A stretch of 32,000 bases of DNA from positions 742,446 to 774,445 of the forward strand of contig CAVVCU010000005.1 of assembly GCA_963746825.1 (NCBI GenBank), in the 5' to 3' direction. The first letter of the stretch is position 1. Each line of letters opens with the position of its first letter. A model generated the notes under the pieces. That model did not search any database. It worked only from the letters and a program-made list of their open reading frames with translations, and was not told the origin of the DNA. This document shows positions 12,666 through 20,100 of this stretch, piece after piece. This DNA comes from an uncultured Thermoleophilaceae bacterium. GTDB taxonomy: Bacteria > Actinomycetota > Thermoleophilia > Solirubrobacterales > Thermoleophilaceae. A program made the translations under genes and the position numbers.

Positions 12666-13848
12666 ATGCGGGTCCTATTCGCCACCACAGCCAACGCGGG
12701 TCATTTCCGCCCGCTGGTTCCGTTCGCCGAGGCGTGTCTTGCGGCCGGCCACGATGTGCTGGTGGCGGGGCAGGCCGGCGCGGCCCCGGCGGCGCGGCGG
12801 GCGGGGCTTTCGTTTCGGCCGATCGCCGAGCCGAACGACGAGGCGCTCGCGCGGTTTCGGGCCGGCCAGGCGGGCCTGTCGGCGACGCAGGCGATGGGCC
12901 GCGCGCTGACCGACCTCTATATCGGCTTGTACGCGGGGGCGGCTCTCGAGGACATGCTCGCGGTGGTCGAGGAGTGGCGTCCTGACGTGGTGGTGCGCGA
13001 GAGCGCCGAGTTCTCAGCCCTGATCGCCGCGCAGCGCCTCGGTGTTCCCCACGCCCGGGTGGGCATCGGACTCTCCACGCAGCTCGAGACCAAGATGCTG
13101 GCGCTGGCGGGTCCGGCGCTCGACGAGCTTGCTGCCACGGTCGGAGTCAGCCCCGGTCTGGCGGGCCATGCCGCCCGGTCGCTCTGTCTCACCGTGGCCC
13201 CCGCGTCGCTGGACGGCACCGCTGCGCCTGACACCGAGCAGGTGCGGCGTTTTCGTCCTACCTCCGCCGGCCCCGCCGGTTCGCCGCCCAAGGGCTGGGG
13301 CGACCCGGCCGCGCCGCTGGTCTACCTGTCGTTCGGCACCGAGGTGCCCTCGCCCGAGCGCGACTACTTCCCCGGCGTCTACCGCGCCGCGGTGGATGCC
13401 CTGCAGGGGACGGGGGCGCGCGTGCTGGTCACCGTCGGCGACCAGCGCGATCCCGCCGACCTGGGCCCGCTGCCGGCGGCGGTGCGGGTGGAGCGCTGGG
13501 TGTCCCAGGCCGAGCTGATGCCACACACCGCGGTGATGGTCGGCGCACGGCGGCTCGGGCTCGGCGCTCAGCGCGCTGGCCGCCGGCGTTCCCATGGCCC
13601 TGGTGCCCTTCTTCGCCGACCAGCACTTCAACGCGGGTCGCTTGGCCGAGCTCGGCGCCGCCATTGCGCTTGGTGACGGACCCGCGTCCCTCCCTCAGCT
13701 CGAGGAGGCCGTGCTCGAGCTGCTGAGCGATGCGCGTTATCGCGACCGAGCGGGCGCAATCGCGGACGAGATCGAGACCCAAGCTCCGATCGAGCAAGCA
13801 CCAAACGCGCTGTCGGCACTGGCCGAACATCCGGTAACAGCCGCATAG
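12666..13848 (+). pseudogene. GT1-family (MGT/UDP-glycosyltransferase-like) glycosyltransferase interrupted by a +1 frameshift near 13545
   Basis: The N-terminal 290+ aa (MRVLFATTANAGHFRPLVPFAEA...) are in the frame of ORF 12660..13676. The conserved C-terminal half (HGGSGSALSALAAGVPMALVPFFADQHFNAGRLAELGAA...) continues in the frame of ORF 13594..13848. Reading GTC GGC g CAC GGC GGC TCG restores VGHGGSGS if one base around 13545 is removed. Confidence 0.7.
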
Positions 13849-13876
13849 CCCTCGCGGGAGGTGGCATGCTCGCGGG

Positions 13877-15322
13877 GTGACCCTTGTCGTGGCCAGCCGC
13901 GCGGATTTGACCATCGACGCGGTACGTCGGGTGGCGTGGGAGGGCGAGGGGGTCGGACTCGCTCCGGAGGTCATCGAGCAAATGGACCGCAGGCATGGTG
14001 AGTTCAACGACTATCTCGCCGCGTGCCTGGCCGAGGACCCCGGTGCGCTGCTCTACGGCGTCACGACCGGGCCGGGCGACGCGGGAGCTGCGGTGCTGTC
14101 CGACCGGGCCCTCGCCACCAGGCCGCGTGGGCTGTGGACCGCCGCATCGTTCGGGGAGCCGCTTCCCGAGCGGGTCGTGCGGGGGATCGTGCTCGCGCGC
14201 CTGGCCAACTTCGTGGAGGGCCACGCGGCGGCTCGGCCGCAGGTGGCCGCCGCGGTGGCCGCGATGCTCGACGCAGGGCCGCTTCCGGCCGTGCCCGCGC
14301 GGGGCAACGGCGGATCGGGCGAGATCCTCGCGCTCGGCCACCTGTTCGGGGAGGTGGCCGACCGGCTCGAGCTCGAGCCGAGGGAGAAGATGGCGTTGAT
14401 CAACGGATCGCCCTGCGCCGCCGCGATGGTGGCCGATGCCGCCCTCGCCGGACGGGGCCGACTCGAGCTCGCCGAGGCCACCTTCGCGTTGTCGGTCGAG
14501 GCCATCCGGGCGCCGCTGGAGGCGTTCGCGCCCGAGCTGGGGGACCTGTGGGGCAATGAACACGAGGCCGAGGCGTTGACGTCGTTCAGGTCACTGCTGG
14601 CGGGAGGCGCTCACGAGCGCCAGGCCCATCAGGCTCCGGTGAGCTATCGCGTTTTGCCGCGGGTGCTCGGCAGGCTCCGCGAGGCGCAGGCGCACGCTGA
14701 GCGGACCGCGACGGGCTCGCTGGGCTCGGTGACCGACAATCCGGTCTTCCTGGCGCCGAGCGAAGACCACCCGCTGGGCGCGCTGGTGTCGAACGGCGGC
14801 TACCACAACGATCGTGCCCATCCCGCGCTGGACGGACTGGCCCACGCCTGGGCGGACGTCGCGCAGCTCGCTCAGCGACACATCGACAAGCTCTTCCAGC
14901 ACCCGGTCAGCGCGCCGTTGCTGGCCGGCGAATGGCTGACCAAGCCGCTGCACATGGTGGGCGCGAGCTACGCCGAGGAGGCGCGAACGGCGGCGCAGAC
15001 CACCGTGCTCGGCCTGGGCGGCTTCGGCCAGAACGACCTCCCCTCTCCCGCCTTTCTCGCGTGGAACAAGGCGGACGCCGTCGGCACCTGCCTCGAGCGG
15101 ACACTCGCGGTGCTGGCCGCGCTCGCCTCGCAGGCTCTCCACGTCGCCGGCCAAACGCCACCGCCCGCGCTCGCACCGCTGCTGGATCAGGTGCGCCGCT
15201 CCTTTCCGCCCGTTGACTCGCCCCGCCAACTCGGCCCCGACGCCGAGCGCCTCGCCGCGGCGTTCAGCCGCCACGTGCAACCGGAGCGCGTTCAGCGCTT
15301 CGGCGGTAGCGAGCGTGCGTAG
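13877..15322 (+). CDS. Aromatic amino acid ammonia-lyase (HAL/PAL/aminomutase) family protein with a divergent MIO motif
   Basis: 481 aa, GTG start. Family landmarks: LYGVTTGPG (cf. YGxNTGFG), GNGGSGEILALGHL (cf. GSVGASGDLAPLSHL), SVTDNPVF, NGGYHN. Confidence 0.8.
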   Translation: MTLVVASRADLTIDAVRRVAWEGEGVGLAPEVIEQMDRRHGEFNDYLAACLAEDPGALLYGVTTGPGDAGAAVLSDRALATRPRGLWTAASFGEPLPERVVRGIVLARLANFVEGHAAARPQVAAAVAAMLDAGPLPAVPARGNGGSGEILALGHLFGEVADRLELEPREKMALINGSPCAAAMVADAALAGRGRLELAEATFALSVEAIRAPLEAFAPELGDLWGNEHEAEALTSFRSLLAGGAHERQAHQAPVSYRVLPRVLGRLREAQAHAERTATGSLGSVTDNPVFLAPSEDHPLGALVSNGGYHNDRAHPALDGLAHAWADVAQLAQRHIDKLFQHPVSAPLLAGEWLTKPLHMVGASYAEEARTAAQTTVLGLGGFGQNDLPSPAFLAWNKADAVGTCLERTLAVLAALASQALHVAGQTPPPALAPLLDQVRRSFPPVDSPRQLGPDAERLAAAFSRHVQPERVQRFGGSERA

Positions 15323-15918
15323 GCCACTCCCCGCTTGACCCACGGCTCCAGCTGGCGCTTCGTCCGCACTCCCTCCGGGTCCACGCGCAGCCAGCCCTGC
15401 ATCTCACGGCCCCGCATCTCGAACGGCCGCGCGTGTGGCTTCTCGACGAGCTTGTCCGTCTCCTCGTGCTCCACGCGCACCATCAGGCCGCCCTGACCGC
15501 TGACCGCGACAGACATGTTCCCGGCGATCAGAAAGGCCAGGCCGCCGAACATCCGCATCTCGGTGAGATCGGATTCGCCGGCGACCAGCTCGCGGATGCG
15601 GTTGGCCAGGTCCTCGTCGTACGCCATGGGCCCGACATGGTGGCTCAGGAATCGGCGCGGCGCAAGCGGGCTCGAGCCGCGTCGGTGCTCGATCACCGCG
15701 ACGACCTCGAAGTCGACGAGGTCATCCCATCGAGCGATCCATGCGTCCAAGAGCGCGCGGTCGTCGGCCTCCATGAGTTGGAAGCACCGGCTGAGCCCCT
15801 CGTCGACCCAGCTGTCCACGTACCTGAGGCCCTCGGGCAGCATGCGCCCTTGTGCCGCGGCCCGCTCGTACACCGGGGCCGCGCCCTGCGTGAATCGCTC
15901 GATGACCATGTACTGCAC
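15292..15918 (-). CDS. DUF3303-like / TfoX N-terminal-domain fusion protein (208 aa)
   Basis: The N-terminal ~78 aa MQYMVIERFTQGAAPVYERAAAQGRMLPEGLRYVDSWVDEGLSRCFQLME...DFEVVAV resemble the small stand-alone DUF3303 family. From the internal ATG at 15627, MAYDEDLANRIRELVAG...EMRMFGGLAFLIAGNMSVAV resembles TfoX_N proteins. There is no stop between them. GGAG lies 8 nt upstream of the GTG at 15918. Confidence 0.6.
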   Translation of the reverse strand: MQYMVIERFTQGAAPVYERAAAQGRMLPEGLRYVDSWVDEGLSRCFQLMEADDRALLDAWIARWDDLVDFEVVAVIEHRRGSSPLAPRRFLSHHVGPMAYDEDLANRIRELVAGESDLTEMRMFGGLAFLIAGNMSVAVSGQGGLMVRVEHEETDKLVEKPHARPFEMRGREMQGWLRVDPEGVRTKRQLEPWVKRGVAYARSLPPKR

Positions 15919-15985
15919 GGGCGTCTCCTGGGCCGTTCAGGCAGAGGGGACGGCAACCCTACGTCACGGCCGGGATCTTGACCGG

Positions 15986-17248
15986 CTAGGCGGGCAGCCA
16001 CGCTCCGTGCAGCCCGTACGGCACCCGCACCGGCAGGCGCAGCCGGGCCACGGGGCCGCCGGCGAGGTCGCCGGCATCGAGCAGCAGCAGCTCGGCCGCG
16101 TCGCGGGCGGTGTCGTGGACGAAGCCCGCCACGAGTGACTGGCCGTCCACCTCACCGAGCGAGACCATCTCGCCCCCGAAGCGCCCCGGTCCGAACTCGT
16201 GGTCCTGGCGCGCGCCGCTCTCCAGGTCGATCGCGGAGACCCCGCGCGCCACGGTGTAGTTGTCGCCGGTCGGGCGCGTCACCACGACACGCCGCCCGTC
16301 GGCGAGCAGGGTCGGGAAGTCGCACGGCTGGTCGTCGATGTCCGCCTCGACCACGCCGCCGTCGCGGGTGTCGATGCTCCAGCGCCGCAGCGAGCCCGGC
16401 GTGTCCTCGAAGGGGTTGTCCTCGCCCGCGGTCACGCCCGGGACGCGCCGGCGGCAGCCGACGACGTGCACGGTCGGTCCGTCGGACCACGCGGCGGCCA
16501 GGTGCGACACATGGGCGGGCGTCACGTCCGCCACCACCGCGCTGCAGCCGGTGCGGTCGGCCAGCGCTATCGCCGCGCCGGTCTCGGGCTCCCACTCGAC
16601 ACCACGCTCGTGGCGGCGCCACGGCAGGTCGAGCGTGACCACGCGTCCGTCGACCACGCGCAGGTCGTGCATGAACGGCCGCCGCTCGGTCGAGTACTCG
16701 CCGGTGGCGCGCCAGTGGCCGTCGTCACCTCGCTCGAGGAAGGTCAGCGCCGGGTCGTTCCATCGCGTTCCGACGGTCACCGGCCGTCCGTCGACCCGCG
16801 TCACGTGGGGCAGCACCATGTCGACCCCCGGCGCATCGACCACGTCGGGGCCGACCGTCTCCAGCGTGACCGGGTCCACGCGCCATGGGCGCCCGCTGTC
16901 GCTCAGGGCCAGCAGCCCGTCGGCGCCCAGGTCGGCGAGGCCGGCCGACGCCGGCTCCTCGGCCCGCCCGAACGCGGGCACCAGGTCGTCGAGCGACGGC
17001 GTGCGCACCCAGCGGTTGCCGTAGGTGGCGCGGCCGTCCTCGATCCGCACGGCGTGGACCATGCCCTGCCCGTCGACCCATACCCCGCCCACGCCTTGGC
17101 TCGCCGCGCGGTTGGGGCCGTTGCGCACATAGGTGCCCGCCAGCCCGGCGGGCAGGGTCCCCTGCACCTCGAGCTCGATCTCCACCCCGCCGGCCTCGGA
17201 GGCGACGGGCCGGTAGTTGGAGCGCAGGTCGGCGGTCGCGGTGCTCAT
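15986..17248 (-). CDS. Carotenoid cleavage oxygenase (RPE65/CCO) family non-heme iron dioxygenase, last gene of the RiPP operon
   Basis: 420 aa from ATG 17248, which overlaps the upstream ABC stop (ATGA, 17245..17248). Family motifs: VDGQGMVHAVRIEDGRATYGNRWVRT, and four candidate His-ligand contexts LPHVTRVDG, FMHDLRVV, VSHLAAAW, YGLHGAWL. The long track ORF (to 18826) is an out-of-frame shadow over the ABC gene. Confidence 0.85.
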   Translation of the reverse strand: MSTATADLRSNYRPVASEAGGVEIELEVQGTLPAGLAGTYVRNGPNRAASQGVGGVWVDGQGMVHAVRIEDGRATYGNRWVRTPSLDDLVPAFGRAEEPASAGLADLGADGLLALSDSGRPWRVDPVTLETVGPDVVDAPGVDMVLPHVTRVDGRPVTVGTRWNDPALTFLERGDDGHWRATGEYSTERRPFMHDLRVVDGRVVTLDLPWRRHERGVEWEPETGAAIALADRTGCSAVVADVTPAHVSHLAAAWSDGPTVHVVGCRRRVPGVTAGEDNPFEDTPGSLRRWSIDTRDGGVVEADIDDQPCDFPTLLADGRRVVVTRPTGDNYTVARGVSAIDLESGARQDHEFGPGRFGGEMVSLGEVDGQSLVAGFVHDTARDAAELLLLDAGDLAGGPVARLRLPVRVPYGLHGAWLPA

Positions 17249-20100
17249 GCCGTCTGCCTGCGCACCAGGTCGTCGAACAGGCCGGGCTCGGCGGCCAGGG
17301 TGTCGTAGGTCCCCTCCTGCACGATCCGCCCGTCGTCGATCACGTACAGGTAGTCGGCCCGGCGAATGGTGCTCAGGCGGTGGGCGATCACGATGCGGGT
17401 GGCGTCGAGGCCGTCGATCGCCCCCATCACGTCCTCCTGGGTCTCGTTGTCGAGCGCGCTCGTGGCCTCGTCGAGGAAGAGGATGCGAGGCCGGTGCGCG
17501 ATGGCGCGGGCGATCATCAGGCGCTGCACCTGCCCGCCCGAGAAGGTGACCCCGTTCTCGCCCACCAGCGTGTGCATCCCCATGGGCATGCGATGGATGT
17601 CGTCGGCCAGCCCGGCCTGCTCGGCGGCCCACCAGGCATCGTCCTCGGTGAGCGCGGAGTTGCCGATGATGTTGCTCTCGAGCGTGCCCGGCATCGGCTT
17701 GCTGTCCTGGAGTACGACGCCCACCTGGCGGCGCACCATTCGCATGTTCAGCGAGGCGAGGTTGCGCTCGTCGTAGACCACGCTGCCGCGATCCGGTGTC
17801 TCGAAGCCCAGCAGCATCCGCATCACCGTCGACTTGCCCGCCCCCGACGGCCCGACCAGCGCGACGTTCTGCCCCGGCTCGACGGTCAGGGTCACGCCCT
17901 GAAGCGTCGGCTGGGCGTCGGGCCCGTAGCGGAAGTGGACGTTCTCGAGGCGGATGCGCCCGGTGAGGAGGCCGGGGTCGCCGTCGGGCTCGTTTCGCTC
18001 CGGCACCGCCTCGAGCACGGGCCGAAGCCGCTCGTAGAGCGGGATCACCGTGATCGACGCCACCAGGGCGAAGCTCAGCTGCGTCGCGGCGACGGTGAAC
18101 TGGGCCAGGGCGGCGGCGAAGGCGACGAACGTGCCCGTGGCGATGTCGGCGTTCATCAGCCCGGCCACGACGGCGAACAGGATCATCGACAGGACCAGCG
18201 GGGTGCCCGCGATCGTGGTGGCCAGCGCGCAGTACACGAGCTGGCTGCGGTAGTTGGCGTCCTGCTGGCGGTGGAAGCGCTCGGCCCAGCGGGCGAAGGC
18301 CGGGATCTCGCGGCCGGCGATGCGGATCTTGTCGATTCCCTCGAGCAGCCCGAAGAGGACGCCGAAGATGTGTCCCTTCTCCAGGAACATCGTGCGCTGG
18401 TGGCGGACCTGGCGCACGCTGAGCCAGGCCAGCAGCGCCCCCACCGCCACCAGGCCGGCGACGGCGAACAGGGCGAGCAGCGGGCTGTAGACGAACAGCA
18501 GCGCCAGGCTGAAGCCGCCGAACATCGTGCTCAGCACCGCGGACACGGTGGCGTTGGAGAGGATCGCGTTGATCGAGTTGACGCCGTAGGCCCGCGACGT
18601 CAGGTCGCCGGTCGCGTAGCCCGCGTGGAAGCTCGCCGGCAGCGCCAGCAGCCGGTCCCAGACGCCCGCCTGAAGCACCCCGTCGAGGTTCCCCGACAGG
18701 CGTGCCACGGCGATGGCGCGCGCGTAGGCGAGGACGCCCCCCGACACCGCGGCGGCCAGCAGGAAGGCGGCGGTCCACCAGATCGCGGGGCGATCGTTGT
18801 CGGGGATGAACGCGTTGAACAGCCACTGGGTGCCGATCGGCAGCGCCAGCGCGAGCAGCCCGCCGGCCACGCCGGCCACGAGCAGCGAGAGCAGGGCGGC
18901 CTGCTGGTGGCGAAAGCCGATGCGCAGCAGGTCCTTCAGATCCAGCGGGCGGGCGGGAAGCGGCGCGTAGAGCTCAAAGCCCAGCGGGTCGAGCGCCGCG
19001 AGCAGGTCGGCGTCGACCCGGGACTCGGCGCCGGTGGCCGGGTCGTGACAGAGGTAGCCCCCGCGGGGCCGCGGCAGGAGCGCGACCGGGTCCCGCTCGG
19101 CGCCGCGAAAAGCCAGCACCGGGCTCGTGGCGCGCCGGTGCCAGCCGGAATCGAGCGAGACGCGGCGGTGGCGTACCCCCGCCGCCATGGCGATGGCCGA
19201 CACGGGGTCGGTGCCGCGGCGATAGGACGCGGGTGGGTCGACGAACTCCACGCCCAGCCAGGCCCCGATCCTGCGACAGGCGCTCAACGTGCGGTCGAAG
19301 CCGTCCTGCTCGGCAAGCGGTGGCGCGGCGGGCATGTCCCCGAGCGCGGACGCGATGTGGGTGATCGAGCGGGTGAGCAGCGCGGTGCCGCCCGCGCGCG
19401 CGGCGGCCAGGCGCGCGTCGGAGTCGCGGTCCAGTTGCTCGACCCTGGCCCGCGCGGCCGTGAGCAGCACCCGATGGGAGCCGCGAAGTGCCTCGAGGGT
19501 CGCCGCGGTGTCGCCCTGCGCGAGCGGGTCGGTCACCACCACGCGCGTCGCGCCGCGGGCGATCAGCCGCACGCCGGCGGCGAGGGGAATCGCGGCCGTT
19601 GAGTCGAGCGCGCCCAGCACATCGTTCCGCGGGCCGATCAGCTCGAGGCGTCCCGCCTGGACCGCCAGGGCGAGCCCGTCGGCGCGCAAGCGGACGATGT
19701 CGCCGTCGCCCAGCTCGTAGGCCCCGCCATCGGCGGCGTCCAGCACCCGGTCCGCCTCGCCGTCCTCGTCGAGCGTCCCGGCGAGCGCGGCAAGCCACGC
19801 GCCCAGCGCAGAGGCGTCGACCGTGGCCTCGGCCAGCTCGGTCCGGGGCTCGCCGACCGCGACGACCGTGTGGCCGTCGGGCACGTCGGCGGGGTCGAGC
19901 GGGGCCACGCACGCGCCGGGCGCGGCCCGCAGCAGGAAGTGGCGCCGGCCGCCCGGCTCCGCGAGCGTGCCCGGCTGGAGGAAGACGTTGAGCGCGCCGG
20001 CCTTGACCAGCTGGACCCGCTCGGTCGCCTCGAGGGCAAAGGGGTTCGTGGCGTCGAAGGCCTCGGTGCGGGCCTCGCCGTGGGCGTCGGAGACGGTCAC
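17245..20100 (-). CDS. ABC exporter (permease + ATPase) with ~390-aa non-peptidase N-terminal region; NHLM-system second transporter type
   Basis: 951 aa from GTG 20100 (GTGA overlap with the upstream ABC stop). Six-TM region, Walker A GPSGAGKST, signature FSGGQVQRLMIARAI, Walker B ILFLDEATSALD. The N-terminus has beta-rich repeats and a degenerate C39-like segment (LSACRRIGAWLG ... SPVLAF). Confidence 0.85.
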   Translation of the reverse strand: MTVSDAHGEARTEAFDATNPFALEATERVQLVKAGALNVFLQPGTLAEPGGRRHFLLRAAPGACVAPLDPADVPDGHTVVAVGEPRTELAEATVDASALGAWLAALAGTLDEDGEADRVLDAADGGAYELGDGDIVRLRADGLALAVQAGRLELIGPRNDVLGALDSTAAIPLAAGVRLIARGATRVVVTDPLAQGDTAATLEALRGSHRVLLTAARARVEQLDRDSDARLAAARAGGTALLTRSITHIASALGDMPAAPPLAEQDGFDRTLSACRRIGAWLGVEFVDPPASYRRGTDPVSAIAMAAGVRHRRVSLDSGWHRRATSPVLAFRGAERDPVALLPRPRGGYLCHDPATGAESRVDADLLAALDPLGFELYAPLPARPLDLKDLLRIGFRHQQAALLSLLVAGVAGGLLALALPIGTQWLFNAFIPDNDRPAIWWTAAFLLAAAVSGGVLAYARAIAVARLSGNLDGVLQAGVWDRLLALPASFHAGYATGDLTSRAYGVNSINAILSNATVSAVLSTMFGGFSLALLFVYSPLLALFAVAGLVAVGALLAWLSVRQVRHQRTMFLEKGHIFGVLFGLLEGIDKIRIAGREIPAFARWAERFHRQQDANYRSQLVYCALATTIAGTPLVLSMILFAVVAGLMNADIATGTFVAFAAALAQFTVAATQLSFALVASITVIPLYERLRPVLEAVPERNEPDGDPGLLTGRIRLENVHFRYGPDAQPTLQGVTLTVEPGQNVALVGPSGAGKSTVMRMLLGFETPDRGSVVYDERNLASLNMRMVRRQVGVVLQDSKPMPGTLESNIIGNSALTEDDAWWAAEQAGLADDIHRMPMGMHTLVGENGVTFSGGQVQRLMIARAIAHRPRILFLDEATSALDNETQEDVMGAIDGLDATRIVIAHRLSTIRRADYLYVIDDGRIVQEGTYDTLAAEPGLFDDLVRRQTA

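Noticed and set aside
15932-15954. Possible terminator hairpin GCCGT-(13 nt)-ACGGC downstream of the RiPP operon.
   Set aside because: It has only a 5-bp stem with a large loop and no U-tract. That is too weak to call, so the operon 3' boundary is left open.
16990-17100. First impression that the carotenoid-oxygenase homologue had lost an iron-ligand His, because VWVDGQGM replaces the HxFDGDGM motif.
   Set aside because: As I recall from RPE65 and ACO, the metal ligands are the His of the AHP-, (M/V)HDF-, FHxxNA- and GxHG-type motifs, not the FDGDGM-motif His. Candidates for all four are present, so no loss of function is claimed.
17249-18826. Long N-terminal extensions of track ORFs: 15986..18826, 17245..20643, 22283..23941, 23089..24741, 2688..6614, 28013..29515.
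   Set aside because: The extensions run through the upstream gene in another frame and have shadow-like composition. In each case the recognisable protein begins at an internal ATG or GTG that sits at or within 19 nt of the upstream stop.
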